Source: a virus
Taxonomy: Duplodnaviria; Caudoviricetes
DNA: 60,483 nt
Virus record (IMG/VR): IMGVR_UViG_3300020045_006193
Span: 1 to 60,483 of that record
Reading direction: 5' to 3' (one strand)
The notes beneath the pieces were generated by a model. It saw nothing but the letters and a program-made list of their open reading frames with translations. It ran no database searches and was not told the origin of the DNA. A program made the position numbers and the translations under genes. Position 1 is the stretch's first letter. Every line of letters begins with the position of its first letter. This document shows positions 35,730-44,563 of this stretch, one piece after another.

Positions 35730-35826
35730 GTTGTTGCCTTTTTAGATAAGGATTAGATGGTGCGGAGCTACTTTCTAAAGGTAGCGTCTCGGTTACGTTT
35801 ACCTACCCGCGCGGATATTATAACAC
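35730..35826 (-). promoter_or_regulatory. Extended -10 promoter and structured leader whose loop can pair with the RBS region
   Basis: TGTGTTATAAT; GCTAC-CTTTAGAAA-GTAGC hairpin; TCTAAA overlaps the AAAAAGG RBS. Confidence 0.55.
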
Positions 35827-35853
35827 AAAAAAGCCCACGTCTAAGGTGGGCTT
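35827..35853 (-). terminator. Intrinsic terminator
   Basis: AAGCCCAC-CTTAGAC-GTGGGCTTTTTT. Confidence 0.8.
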
Positions 35854-35965
35854 AAGAGTTCATCACGCTGTTGTTCGGTTATCGCGCCTTGGATAAAAGC
35901 ATTCTCTACCGCTTCTTGGTAGCAGGGGTGGTTTCTGAGTTCTGGCATTATTCCTATTGCTTACT

Positions 35966-36241
35966 TTAATTCCAACAATTCATCGCGCCATTAACAACCT
36001 GACACCATTGCCCAGTAGACGGCACATATTGCGGTACGGTATTAATTTGCTGTGGATCTGATTCTTGTTGTTGAACCTGACTGCCGCCGTTGCACTGGGA
36101 ATTGTACAAATCAGCGGCGTAGTTGCGCTCCTGTTTGTCCGTGATTCCCTGTACTTGCGTGGACAGAAGGTCGCAGTCTACCTCTGCGATAGCTGGCATT
36201 GATAGCAGGGTTAGTGAGGCGATTAAAAATAGCTTTTTCAT
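35966..36241 (-). CDS. Small exported protein with 4 Cys
   Basis: Sec-type signal peptide MKKLFLIASLTLLSMPAIA; Gln-rich linker. Confidence 0.75.
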   Translation of the reverse strand: MKKLFLIASLTLLSMPAIAEVDCDLLSTQVQGITDKQERNYAADLYNSQCNGGSQVQQQESDPQQINTVPQYVPSTGQWCQVVNGAMNCWN

Positions 36242-36293
36242 TTTGATTGTCCTGTTCGTAATTAAAAAATACTACCTTCGATGAAAGCTATTA

Positions 36294-36929
36294 TTAAATA
36301 TTACCCATAAACCATTGTTTTGCTTTTTTAGATAAAATCCCGCCTACATCTTTCATGGTCAAATTATTATCAGTAAGAACATCAGCTTCTTCTTTTGAAA
36401 CATCTTGAGATACCCATTTTATGAATGATCCTATCAACTTAATATCTGGCTCAACATTGGTTTTCTCAAACAACTCGTTCCACGCTTGATTTAATCGACT
36501 TTCAGTTACTGCGTAAGCGACAAAATCAGCGATGCTATTCATTTTTTCAGTATCAACCTCGGCAAGAACTTTTACCCCAAAAATGAAAAACGACCTTTCA
36601 ATTTCAGAAATTCCAACGCCGCGCTGTATTCCTTTTCCAGCCCATTCACCATAAATAACAATTGGTAAATCGGTGTTTATTTGACTGTAGAAATCCAGAA
36701 AAACGAGTGATTTTTCATTGTGGAATCTAGCGAATCCAGCATTATCGTTTTCAACTGTAATAATATTGTTTCTTGATTGTGCATAATTTTCAGGCAAAAC
36801 AACACTGGCATTTGTGCCGTGAATTTTCACTGTACCTTGAAATTCAAGAATTGGCATTGAATCTTTAAATGCAAATCCAATATCTTTTATGACGTTTCTG
36901 AATTGCTCTATTGAGTGGTATTTATACAT
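36294..36929 (-). CDS. Rnl2-type RNA ligase, apparently with an internal deletion
   Basis: Motif I KIHGTN, QSR, DNAGFA, motif III IYGEWAG and IIIa FFIFGV are present; no EGxV (IV) or KxK (V) motif is visible. Confidence 0.7.
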   Translation of the reverse strand: MYKYHSIEQFRNVIKDIGFAFKDSMPILEFQGTVKIHGTNASVVLPENYAQSRNNIITVENDNAGFARFHNEKSLVFLDFYSQINTDLPIVIYGEWAGKGIQRGVGISEIERSFFIFGVKVLAEVDTEKMNSIADFVAYAVTESRLNQAWNELFEKTNVEPDIKLIGSFIKWVSQDVSKEEADVLTDNNLTMKDVGGILSKKAKQWFMGNI

Positions 36930-37030
36930 TTTGATTGTCCTAATTTACGTTAATAAAATAGGCTAATAAGGTTCTATGCGTTTGTTTGTGCCGCCTAAGC
37001 CAACAGGCGACAATGTAATTATACATCTTT

Positions 37031-38092
37031 TTAAGCAGAAAGCGACTCGCCATAGCTCCAAGATTTACCCGTACTAAACGACTGACTAAGATTAATACCG
37101 TTCATCCAGTTTGCACCGACCTGACCATTAACGGCTGCAATAGATTTTATCTTCTCAATGCCAAGCTGTGCGTTGCTTGTGTAATGCGCTTCAATCAGTT
37201 TGATTTTTTCCAGTGAGATATTGGTTAGCTGGATATTCATCTCATTAACCTGTCGGTACTGCTCCATCCTGAACTTAGCTTCTTCGATAGTGACACCAGT
37301 CAATGATGAATACGCCTGAATCTCGCTTGCGTATATATCAATAAAACCCCTATTAATATCGATGTAAAGCATTGCCGTATCGATAACAGTTTTTTTCTGT
37401 GAGTCATACAGACTTAGTTCGTTGCCTTCACTGGCTTGTTTTAAGTCAAGCAATCTGGCGTTGAGCGATAACAATTGATCCAATGCCTTTTGCTTAATAG
37501 CCAGCTCAACATCAATCTGCTTAATCATGATGTCTCGGTTAATGTCCGATAGCTTACCCTTCTTTTCCAGTTCAAACCGCATGAATGCCGCTTGGTCTTG
37601 ACCGCTTGCCGCTTCAAATCCCATTGATAAACTACTGGCTAAGTAGGTTTGATAACCTGCACGCTGTAATTTTGTTTCACGGTCAACACCCTTGGCATAA
37701 ATAGCATCAAACATCACCCCCATTACACCGTAAGGGTTTGCTAGTAGCGATTCAATCTCGGATATTAATCGATTGATGACCCCGATAATCATGTCCTTAT
37801 CAGCAATTACCGTAGTCCATAAATAAGGCGCGGCTGGCATAGCACCAATTGGCACATCTAGCAATAGCGGCTTTGTTGGGATAGCAGGTAAAGCCCCTAG
37901 TGCAATGTCAGAAGGATTTATCAGCGCGGTAGTAAGTCCTGAAAAGTCAGGAAAAGGCGTTAATGCCGTCGACATACCATTGACTGCATTTGTCGCGGCT
38001 GTAAGAGCTTTTACCGCCTCATCGAATAACCGATTAAGATATGAATCGTTTACCGATGTTATAGAATTTAAAAATTGATGTTGTGCTGACAT
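37031..38092 (-). CDS. Probable internal virion / ejection protein
   Basis: 353 aa, helical/coiled-coil; last gene of the tail module. Confidence 0.55.
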   Translation of the reverse strand: MSAQHQFLNSITSVNDSYLNRLFDEAVKALTAATNAVNGMSTALTPFPDFSGLTTALINPSDIALGALPAIPTKPLLLDVPIGAMPAAPYLWTTVIADKDMIIGVINRLISEIESLLANPYGVMGVMFDAIYAKGVDRETKLQRAGYQTYLASSLSMGFEAASGQDQAAFMRFELEKKGKLSDINRDIMIKQIDVELAIKQKALDQLLSLNARLLDLKQASEGNELSLYDSQKKTVIDTAMLYIDINRGFIDIYASEIQAYSSLTGVTIEEAKFRMEQYRQVNEMNIQLTNISLEKIKLIEAHYTSNAQLGIEKIKSIAAVNGQVGANWMNGINLSQSFSTGKSWSYGESLSA

Positions 38093-39405
38093 TACCGCTC
38101 ACTCCTAACATTTTCAACAGGGTTATATTCAATAGAGCTAATATCAAGATGTGCGCATCCTGTGCCAACTACTTCAAGCTGAACATAGTTAAATTTTATA
38201 CCTCGCCCTATTGGTACGCGGTGAGTGGCAAAACCACTATGACTGATTGCATTTGCGTATGATAAAGGCGCGTTTTCGTCCTCTGTGACATTTACCGTCA
38301 CTTTTCCGCCTGATTTGTCGCAATCAATGACAATTTTTGCATCGGGTATGCGCTTAATTTTGTTGCTTGGGTAAACGCCATTCTTGCCCGGTACACCATT
38401 CATCTTACCAGTCTTCATGCTGGCAACTATCGCTATTCCGTTATCGGACTCACCGCCATACTCAAACACCCCGGTATCATTTATAAGCAAAGTTTTTCCG
38501 TTAAACACGCACGACCCAGTAAAGTTAAAATTACTGTAATTGGTTATAGCTTTTGTTTCTGTACCGTAGGCATAGCCTAGGTAGTTTGCATCATTAACTG
38601 TAAGACTGGGCGTACTGTAAAGCGGGTAGACACCGACAACATTAATCACGCCCACGCTTGGGTTATTAACAGTAGGTGTAGAAAACAGCGGCACAGCATC
38701 AACGCGCTGTATCGACATTGCAGTAGGGTTGTTTAGCGTTGGTGTTGCCGTTAATGCGGTTACTGGTGTTTTTGCTATTATGCCAACAGTGGGCGCGCTT
38801 AATGTAGGCGTGGACGTTAGCGCGGTTGCTGTTATGTTTTGCGGATAGTTTACCGCTGGATTGTTTAGTGTTGGTATTGAGGCTAGTGCGGTTGCTGACG
38901 CATTAGCTATGACGTAAGCAGTGGGATTATTTAGTGTTGATTCAGCGGTTAGTGGTGTTGCTGGAATATCTACTGGGCCTATATTAAAGATCTGTGTAGT
39001 CGCAGAAAAAACAATACCAGTTCGTGTCTCTGCCGTTGTCCAAGTCACGCCATCATCAGAATAAAGGATATTCCAACTCTTAGGGTTTTCATTAGTACCG
39101 ACACCATACACTGTTAGCGAATAGAAAATAACATCAACAGCCGTGGCAAAGTGATAAATCAGCTTTTGCGAAGAAGATAAAGGATTGACTGAACTCCAAT
39201 AAAGGGCGGTGGAGTCAAAAGCATAAGCCGCCACATATCCAGAACTAAGCTCAGAAGTAGCAGAAGCCGTGCCGCCAGTGCATAAGTCAGCACCTCCGCC
39301 AGTGTCAAACATCTTAAGCTCATTAATAAGCGTCCCGTAAGTTAATGGATCGCCTAGTACATCTGTAACTTCTATTGCCCAATATGCGTGTGTAGCCATG
39401 ACCAT
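38092..39405 (-). CDS. Virion protein with N-terminal discoidin (F5/8C)-like domain and ~22-aa repeats
   Basis: GGTASATSE..AYAFD...W.S...PKSW.I.YSDDG.TWT; six T/P-rich repeats of the ATALTSTPTLNNP type. Confidence 0.7.
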   Translation of the reverse strand: MVMATHAYWAIEVTDVLGDPLTYGTLINELKMFDTGGGADLCTGGTASATSELSSGYVAAYAFDSTALYWSSVNPLSSSQKLIYHFATAVDVIFYSLTVYGVGTNENPKSWNILYSDDGVTWTTAETRTGIVFSATTQIFNIGPVDIPATPLTAESTLNNPTAYVIANASATALASIPTLNNPAVNYPQNITATALTSTPTLSAPTVGIIAKTPVTALTATPTLNNPTAMSIQRVDAVPLFSTPTVNNPSVGVINVVGVYPLYSTPSLTVNDANYLGYAYGTETKAITNYSNFNFTGSCVFNGKTLLINDTGVFEYGGESDNGIAIVASMKTGKMNGVPGKNGVYPSNKIKRIPDAKIVIDCDKSGGKVTVNVTEDENAPLSYANAISHSGFATHRVPIGRGIKFNYVQLEVVGTGCAHLDISSIEYNPVENVRSER

Positions 39406-39500
39406 TCCTTAAATTTCTAGTAATTATCGCACTAATGGCGATAAATTATAACTATTTTAAATATAAGCCATTGATTTTGCTATAGCATATAATTACGCGC

Positions 39501-39529
39501 TTGCGTAAAGGCGAAAAAAGGCGAATACT
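39501..39529 (+). promoter_or_regulatory. Probable promoter of the pilin cassette
   Basis: TTGCGT-17 bp-AATACT; AAAAAAGGCG before the -10, as at 2747-2756. Confidence 0.55.
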
Positions 39530-39567
39530 TTAATCGTAGTTTTATTTCAATCCATTTGGAGAGTGTC

Positions 39568-39744
39568 ATGAGTGCAATTTATTTATTATTAGCTTTGTCA
39601 ATCGCTGGATTCCTAGTCCTGTCTTTTAACTTTCGTACTGCGCTGGTTTTGCATCACTTTCGCATCAAAGAAATGCACATATCGCCGCTGTTCTTTGCGT
39701 GGATTTTGTGCCTGTCCTACTTGATCGCGTATGTGCAATCATGA
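39568..39744 (+). CDS. Small two-TM membrane protein
   Basis: GGAGAG RBS; two hydrophobic stretches; ATGA-coupled to the pilin gene. Confidence 0.7.
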   Translation: MSAIYLLLALSIAGFLVLSFNFRTALVLHHFRIKEMHISPLFFAWILCLSYLIAYVQS

Positions 39745-40325
39745 AAGGTCACAACGGCTTTACGTTACTTGAGCTTACGGTGGCAATTGGAATTACCGCC
39801 GCTTTGGCAATCATTGCCGCGCCGTCATTTTTTGATATGCTTAGTAACAGTCGAATGACCGCTAATAATAATGAACTTGTTGGCGCGTTAAATCTGACTC
39901 GTAGCGAGGCGATTAAGCGCGGTACTCCAGTTGGAGCATATCTTAATCAGCAATACCTTGATAAGGATGGAGTGACTACTAAGGAAGCGTACCTTATCGT
40001 GAAACAGACCGACTGCAATAACGTAGGCTGTTTTTTGAGGATTTACGACAAACTGCCTGAACATTTCACGGTATCGGCGGTTAAATTACAGGGCATAAAC
40101 GAAAATAATATCAATTCTGTCGCTATTAATTTCATTGAGTTTTCTAATCAGGGGGTAACAGGTGCTTTTGAGTATGTGAAAATATGCTCACAAGGTAACA
40201 TCAAAGCGGTGTCGATTAATTATCTTGGCAGGATTTCATCTGCAAAAGATACTAATAATAATGGCACTCTTGATATTAAGATAAACGAAACCGTGATAGA
40301 AGTACCGCTATGCCCGATACGGTAA
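39741..40325 (+). CDS. GspH/FimT/FimU-family type IV minor pilin
   Basis: Prepilin site MKGHNG|FTLLEL (Glu+5), hydrophobic helix ending AAPSF, then N.LVGALNLTRSEAIKRG; paired Cys. Confidence 0.92.
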   Translation: MKGHNGFTLLELTVAIGITAALAIIAAPSFFDMLSNSRMTANNNELVGALNLTRSEAIKRGTPVGAYLNQQYLDKDGVTTKEAYLIVKQTDCNNVGCFLRIYDKLPEHFTVSAVKLQGINENNINSVAINFIEFSNQGVTGAFEYVKICSQGNIKAVSINYLGRISSAKDTNNNGTLDIKINETVIEVPLCPIR

Positions 40326-40489
40326 ACATAGGTAGGTCGCTTGCGGGTATGAGGAAGATTGTTTCCCATACCTGCAATAACCCAGAATGCCTAAAACCCT
40401 ATTTTGGATTCACCAATAAGAAGTATTGTTGCGGCAAGTGCAAAGACAGGGGCGGGTATCTAACTAGGCTTAGGGAGCTTGGTAAGTGA
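40310..40489 (+). CDS. 59-aa zinc-finger protein (below the ORF-track cutoff)
   Basis: MPDTVNIGRSLAGMRKIVSHTCNNPECLKPYFGFTNKKYCCGKCKDRGGYLTRLRELGK; overlaps the pilin stop. Confidence 0.6.
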   Translation: MPDTVNIGRSLAGMRKIVSHTCNNPECLKPYFGFTNKKYCCGKCKDRGGYLTRLRELGK

Positions 40490-42148
40490 TATGCAGGTCG
40501 TTGACTGCTCTACTATCTTGCGCTTTTTATCTTTAAAATCTGCAATAAGCGTAAATGATTTGTCTATCGAATCACCATCAACAACGTCATAGGTATTAAT
40601 TGTGGCTACCATTGTATTTTTTGTGTATGAATAGTCGTCAACAAATGCCTCTGTTAATGCCTTGTCACTCGTGTATAGCACTCCTGATTTTTTTGAAATC
40701 ACAGATAACGCAGTAGTAGTGATGGATGTCTCGCTTATAACCCCATAATCACCACTTGGCAAAGTGCCCTCTTCTTTCATACTTGTGTGCTGCTGGGATA
40801 CGTCGGAATAAATGCACTCACTTACCTTTTTTAGAAATAAAGCAATGTATGTCCATGTCGCGTCCGAGACTACAGATGTAATTAATCCAGTATCTCCGCT
40901 TGTTAAAGTCTGGGTCGATTGCCAATTACTGGAAGATGTCGCAAGCAAATCCCGATTCAATCCATCTTTTTTTGACCATGAGACCAGATAATATTCACTA
41001 GCCCCTACTTTAGTTTGGAGCGGGTAATAAGTAAAATATGGGGCTGTTGCTTCTGTGATAGTTTGAACATCAGAAGCGGTCTTTTCTACAGCAAAAGAAA
41101 CTACCCCGCCCCTAATATCAACGTAGTCACAGGAGATATTCTCAGTTGGCACTATTAGTGTCGTGACTCCATCACTTGATGCTTCGTTATAGCCGTCTGA
41201 TACCCAAGGTTGTGACTCATAAATAATCTCATCAGTTAAAATACCGTCGTAAGCTGGATTAAACTCAAGGGTATTTATCGTAGGAACGTGAATGGTAATT
41301 CCATAGGGGTGATCGGCTGGATAATAAATTCTATCAACAGTGCCATGTATAGCCAGTCGTTTAGCGTCTCCAAAAAAACCAATTAGCTCATTTTCACTAT
41401 ATCCAAGTGCTGTAAAGTCGGATTCGATAATCTCTGTAAGCACAATGTCAGAGGCATTAAAATCCAGTTCGTAACCAAAAACACCGATGTACCGATTTAA
41501 CCCTGTTTCAGCATAATCAACCCTATCATGATAAATAATAACTATTTGCTCAACAGCCGTACCGTCGCTATCTTCCTCTATTAATGCACACGCCAATGGC
41601 TCTAAAAACTTACCCCAAAGTAAGCCAGTTTCGATACCGTTTATCGCTATTTTCCCGTACTTTCTTTTTCTGTTTATGTGACCGACAGGGAAACTTGTAT
41701 CTAAATACTCGACATAATCCCAGCTAACAGTGGCATTTTCCTTGTCATTTACCCAGTAATTTGTTCGTGCGCTGTAGGTCGGCGTGGGTAGCACTAAGTA
41801 ATTCGGATTATCATCGGCTAAAATCAAATCACCTTGTTTTTTGGCAGGGTATGGAGCTTTATAGATTTGAGTACCTAAGTCGGTATCATTAAATGACGTA
41901 GGAAAAAGAACTGCCTCGCCCTCACTGCCAACAGGAGCTACATAAATCTTAACGACACCGCGTTTTTCACCATACGCAGTCCAAATAGTGGCTTGCATGA
42001 CGGTAGTATCGTTGCGCTTCTCGCGCTGAATAGATTGCGCCTCACCCATTGAACTACAGACGAACTGATAAAAAGCCAGTGCCGCACCTTTGAGCGTACT
42101 GGCTTTTTCAATATCCCCATAATACTCAAGGCGAGGCGGTGCAAGCAT
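40460..42148 (-). CDS. Acidic tail-associated virion protein
   Basis: 562 aa, beta-rich composition, coupled within the tail operon. Confidence 0.55.
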   Translation of the reverse strand: MLAPPRLEYYGDIEKASTLKGAALAFYQFVCSSMGEAQSIQREKRNDTTVMQATIWTAYGEKRGVVKIYVAPVGSEGEAVLFPTSFNDTDLGTQIYKAPYPAKKQGDLILADDNPNYLVLPTPTYSARTNYWVNDKENATVSWDYVEYLDTSFPVGHINRKRKYGKIAINGIETGLLWGKFLEPLACALIEEDSDGTAVEQIVIIYHDRVDYAETGLNRYIGVFGYELDFNASDIVLTEIIESDFTALGYSENELIGFFGDAKRLAIHGTVDRIYYPADHPYGITIHVPTINTLEFNPAYDGILTDEIIYESQPWVSDGYNEASSDGVTTLIVPTENISCDYVDIRGGVVSFAVEKTASDVQTITEATAPYFTYYPLQTKVGASEYYLVSWSKKDGLNRDLLATSSSNWQSTQTLTSGDTGLITSVVSDATWTYIALFLKKVSECIYSDVSQQHTSMKEEGTLPSGDYGVISETSITTTALSVISKKSGVLYTSDKALTEAFVDDYSYTKNTMVATINTYDVVDGDSIDKSFTLIADFKDKKRKIVEQSTTCISLTKLPKPS

Positions 42149-42570
42149 TAGCCTGTAGGTTGATTCATGTTAAAAATTAAATCAGGAAATAGCACTGGGT
42201 CTCCTGAAATAATAACGCGATCAACAGACACATCCCAAACTGCCAACACCTCAGAACCAACAGTATCAAGGGCTGCATATTTCAGGTAACCCGCACTACC
42301 ACTTGATGTCTTGACTGCGGTAGGGTTTGAAGCTGGCGCGGCAATGGTAGCCTTGCGCCCATTTGTGCCTTGTGCCGCTAGTGTAGTATCCGTTGATACA
42401 ATGCCAGTGCGCTCCGCAATGATATTCACGTCCGCTGTGCCGCGCACAGCCGCATAGCTGTCACCCGCTGCATAGACATAATCGACTAATACAACACTGT
42501 TACACTTTGTTTTGAGATACGCTAAACCATTGTCTAGCGCGTTTGTTGAAGACCATACCGGTGCTGTCAT
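42148..42570 (-). CDS. Virion structural protein
   Basis: 140 aa in the tail operon; AGGA RBS. Confidence 0.6.
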   Translation of the reverse strand: MTAPVWSSTNALDNGLAYLKTKCNSVVLVDYVYAAGDSYAAVRGTADVNIIAERTGIVSTDTTLAAQGTNGRKATIAAPASNPTAVKTSSGSAGYLKYAALDTVGSEVLAVWDVSVDRVIISGDPVLFPDLIFNMNQPTG

Positions 42571-42597
42571 TGTTATGTCCTGTTAATAAAATAATTG

Positions 42598-43878
42598 TTA
42601 CTCACCCCAAACACCATTATCCCACACTGGTACATACGACTGTAATTCATAGCCACGCGCTGGAACTTTCGCCCCTGACACGATGGCCACATAATTGAAA
42701 GAGTCTTGATGCTTTATGACTGCGCTTGCGCAGGAGGTGAACTCTGGCAATAACACGTTTTGCTGTGAAACATTAGCGAACTGCCCCCTGTCCATGAGTA
42801 AAATCATGCCGTCATGCGCTGTTACCATGTAGCCGTATTGACCATTGCCGCCGACAATGAACTCTGCGGGTATCATTTGTTGGCTACCAAGCAAGGGGCA
42901 TGAAGTGTGCTGTTTTTTAGCTTGTAAAAAATCGCCCAGTGCCTCTGCACCGTGGCTTGGTTGTCTGCCGCTAATCCAGAATAAACCATCTTTTTCTGTA
43001 CCCACCCACATTCCAGACTCGCACGGACATAGTGCCGTGATGTTGCTTGGGTATTGGTAATTATCGAATGGATTCCAGCGTTCGTACTGCTTTGGTAGTG
43101 AGTAAAACAGGGTTTTGCCTTGGGCAATGAATAAATGGCTGTAATGATGTGCTATTAGCTGTCCTGTAGGCGCAGGAAAAATACCTACAGTATCCAGCGG
43201 CTTGGTATGCGCATCAACTTCATAAATCGTCACTTCTGACGTACCAGTGGCAATAATGCCCTGCCTGAATAATTCGCTACCGTCTCGCTGGCTAGCGTAT
43301 ATTGCTAGATAAGTTGACCGTGCATCATGTGGAACAAACAAATCAGTGAGCCTAATTGCTTTATTGTCTGCCGATAGCGTGATTAAACGCGGCTCTGCCG
43401 TGCCAGACTCCATGCCATTATCATCTAATAGCGTGACTGCTACCAGATAATTGCCTGATAACAATGCACCGCCGTTAGCTTCGGTTAGCGTTGGTTGTCG
43501 CGTGACTATTTCTTGCCCGAATGAACGCGCCACGTTTCCAGCAATAACCCCACAAACTGAGTCACCGCAATAATAATAATTGCCATTAACACGAGTGAAG
43601 TCAAGGCGTATCCGCCCAATTCCAGCGCGTAGTGTTGATACCGTGTAATCACTGAACACCTCTTTTAAATCGCCATCTATCACTGCAAAACAACGTAAAT
43701 TATCGCTCCAGATAGTGGTCACTTCACCCACTATCACCAAACCAAACCCATCGCGCTGACTAGCAATGCCCGAACTATCGATATTCAGGTTAGTTGCTTC
43801 GCGCACAAAACCATCTGGCAATCGTTCAAGACGCGCCGTGTTGTTTATGCCCTTTGTGAATGGGATGGTGATAGGCAT
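42598..43878 (-). CDS. Podovirus-type tail nozzle / stabilisation protein
   Basis: F..GINN......LP.G.VREA.N.NID..G....R.G N-terminus; beta-propeller-like repeats; follows the adaptor. Confidence 0.6.
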   Translation of the reverse strand: MPITIPFTKGINNTARLERLPDGFVREATNLNIDSSGIASQRDGFGLVIVGEVTTIWSDNLRCFAVIDGDLKEVFSDYTVSTLRAGIGRIRLDFTRVNGNYYYCGDSVCGVIAGNVARSFGQEIVTRQPTLTEANGGALLSGNYLVAVTLLDDNGMESGTAEPRLITLSADNKAIRLTDLFVPHDARSTYLAIYASQRDGSELFRQGIIATGTSEVTIYEVDAHTKPLDTVGIFPAPTGQLIAHHYSHLFIAQGKTLFYSLPKQYERWNPFDNYQYPSNITALCPCESGMWVGTEKDGLFWISGRQPSHGAEALGDFLQAKKQHTSCPLLGSQQMIPAEFIVGGNGQYGYMVTAHDGMILLMDRGQFANVSQQNVLLPEFTSCASAVIKHQDSFNYVAIVSGAKVPARGYELQSYVPVWDNGVWGE

Positions 43879-43906
43879 GGTTAATTACGGTTGAGTTTGT
43901 TCATTT

Positions 43907-44560
43907 TTAATCAAACTCTGTGATACAAGCCGTTGCTGTTCCGCTGTCTGCTAATACAGCGATATTGGTTGCTCCAGCGGTTACTCCAAACAAAGAGCCT
44001 TGAGCTTGAACCGTCAATAATGTACTCCCACTTGCGGCTGCCGCTGTTCCATTGACACCAATATTTACCCACAATGAAGCATTCCCAGTAATCATCACTT
44101 TATTGGTCGCATTACCAACCACGCTGCTTAATTGTGAAGTGGCATTAGCAACCAAGACTTGACTATTTAAAATGGTACTCGGCTTGATTGAAGCGGTTAA
44201 ATTACCGTTTAAAACCGATACCGGCTGCGTGTGATTAGCTGCCGTATTAATAGCTGCTGTGGTTAAATTAATGGCGGTTAATTGGGCATCTTGTTTAGCA
44301 TGAGTGGCTAAGGTGCTGATATTTACATCGGTTGCCACTGTACCATTTATTTGCTGTGTAAGATTAGGCAGGGCTTGAATTGCCGCTGTAACATTATTAA
44401 CCGCTGTATCACTAGCCAAACCTGATACGTTGCCAGTCAGTGTGATATTGCCAGACGCGCCTTTTACGACAACATTCAATGCGGACTCAGTATCATCACC
44501 GCCGACAGGTAGCATTGCCCCTGTTACATTCGTATAGTGCAAAAAAACATTATCACTCAT
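43907..44560 (-). CDS. Small fibre/decoration-type virion protein rich in N-X-S/T
   Basis: A/T/N/V-rich; 14 of 23 Asn in sequons by hand count. Confidence 0.65.
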   Translation of the reverse strand: MSDNVFLHYTNVTGAMLPVGGDDTESALNVVVKGASGNITLTGNVSGLASDTAVNNVTAAIQALPNLTQQINGTVATDVNISTLATHAKQDAQLTAINLTTAAINTAANHTQPVSVLNGNLTASIKPSTILNSQVLVANATSQLSSVVGNATNKVMITGNASLWVNIGVNGTAAAASGSTLLTVQAQGSLFGVTAGATNIAVLADSGTATACITEFD

Positions 44561-44563
44561 AGT

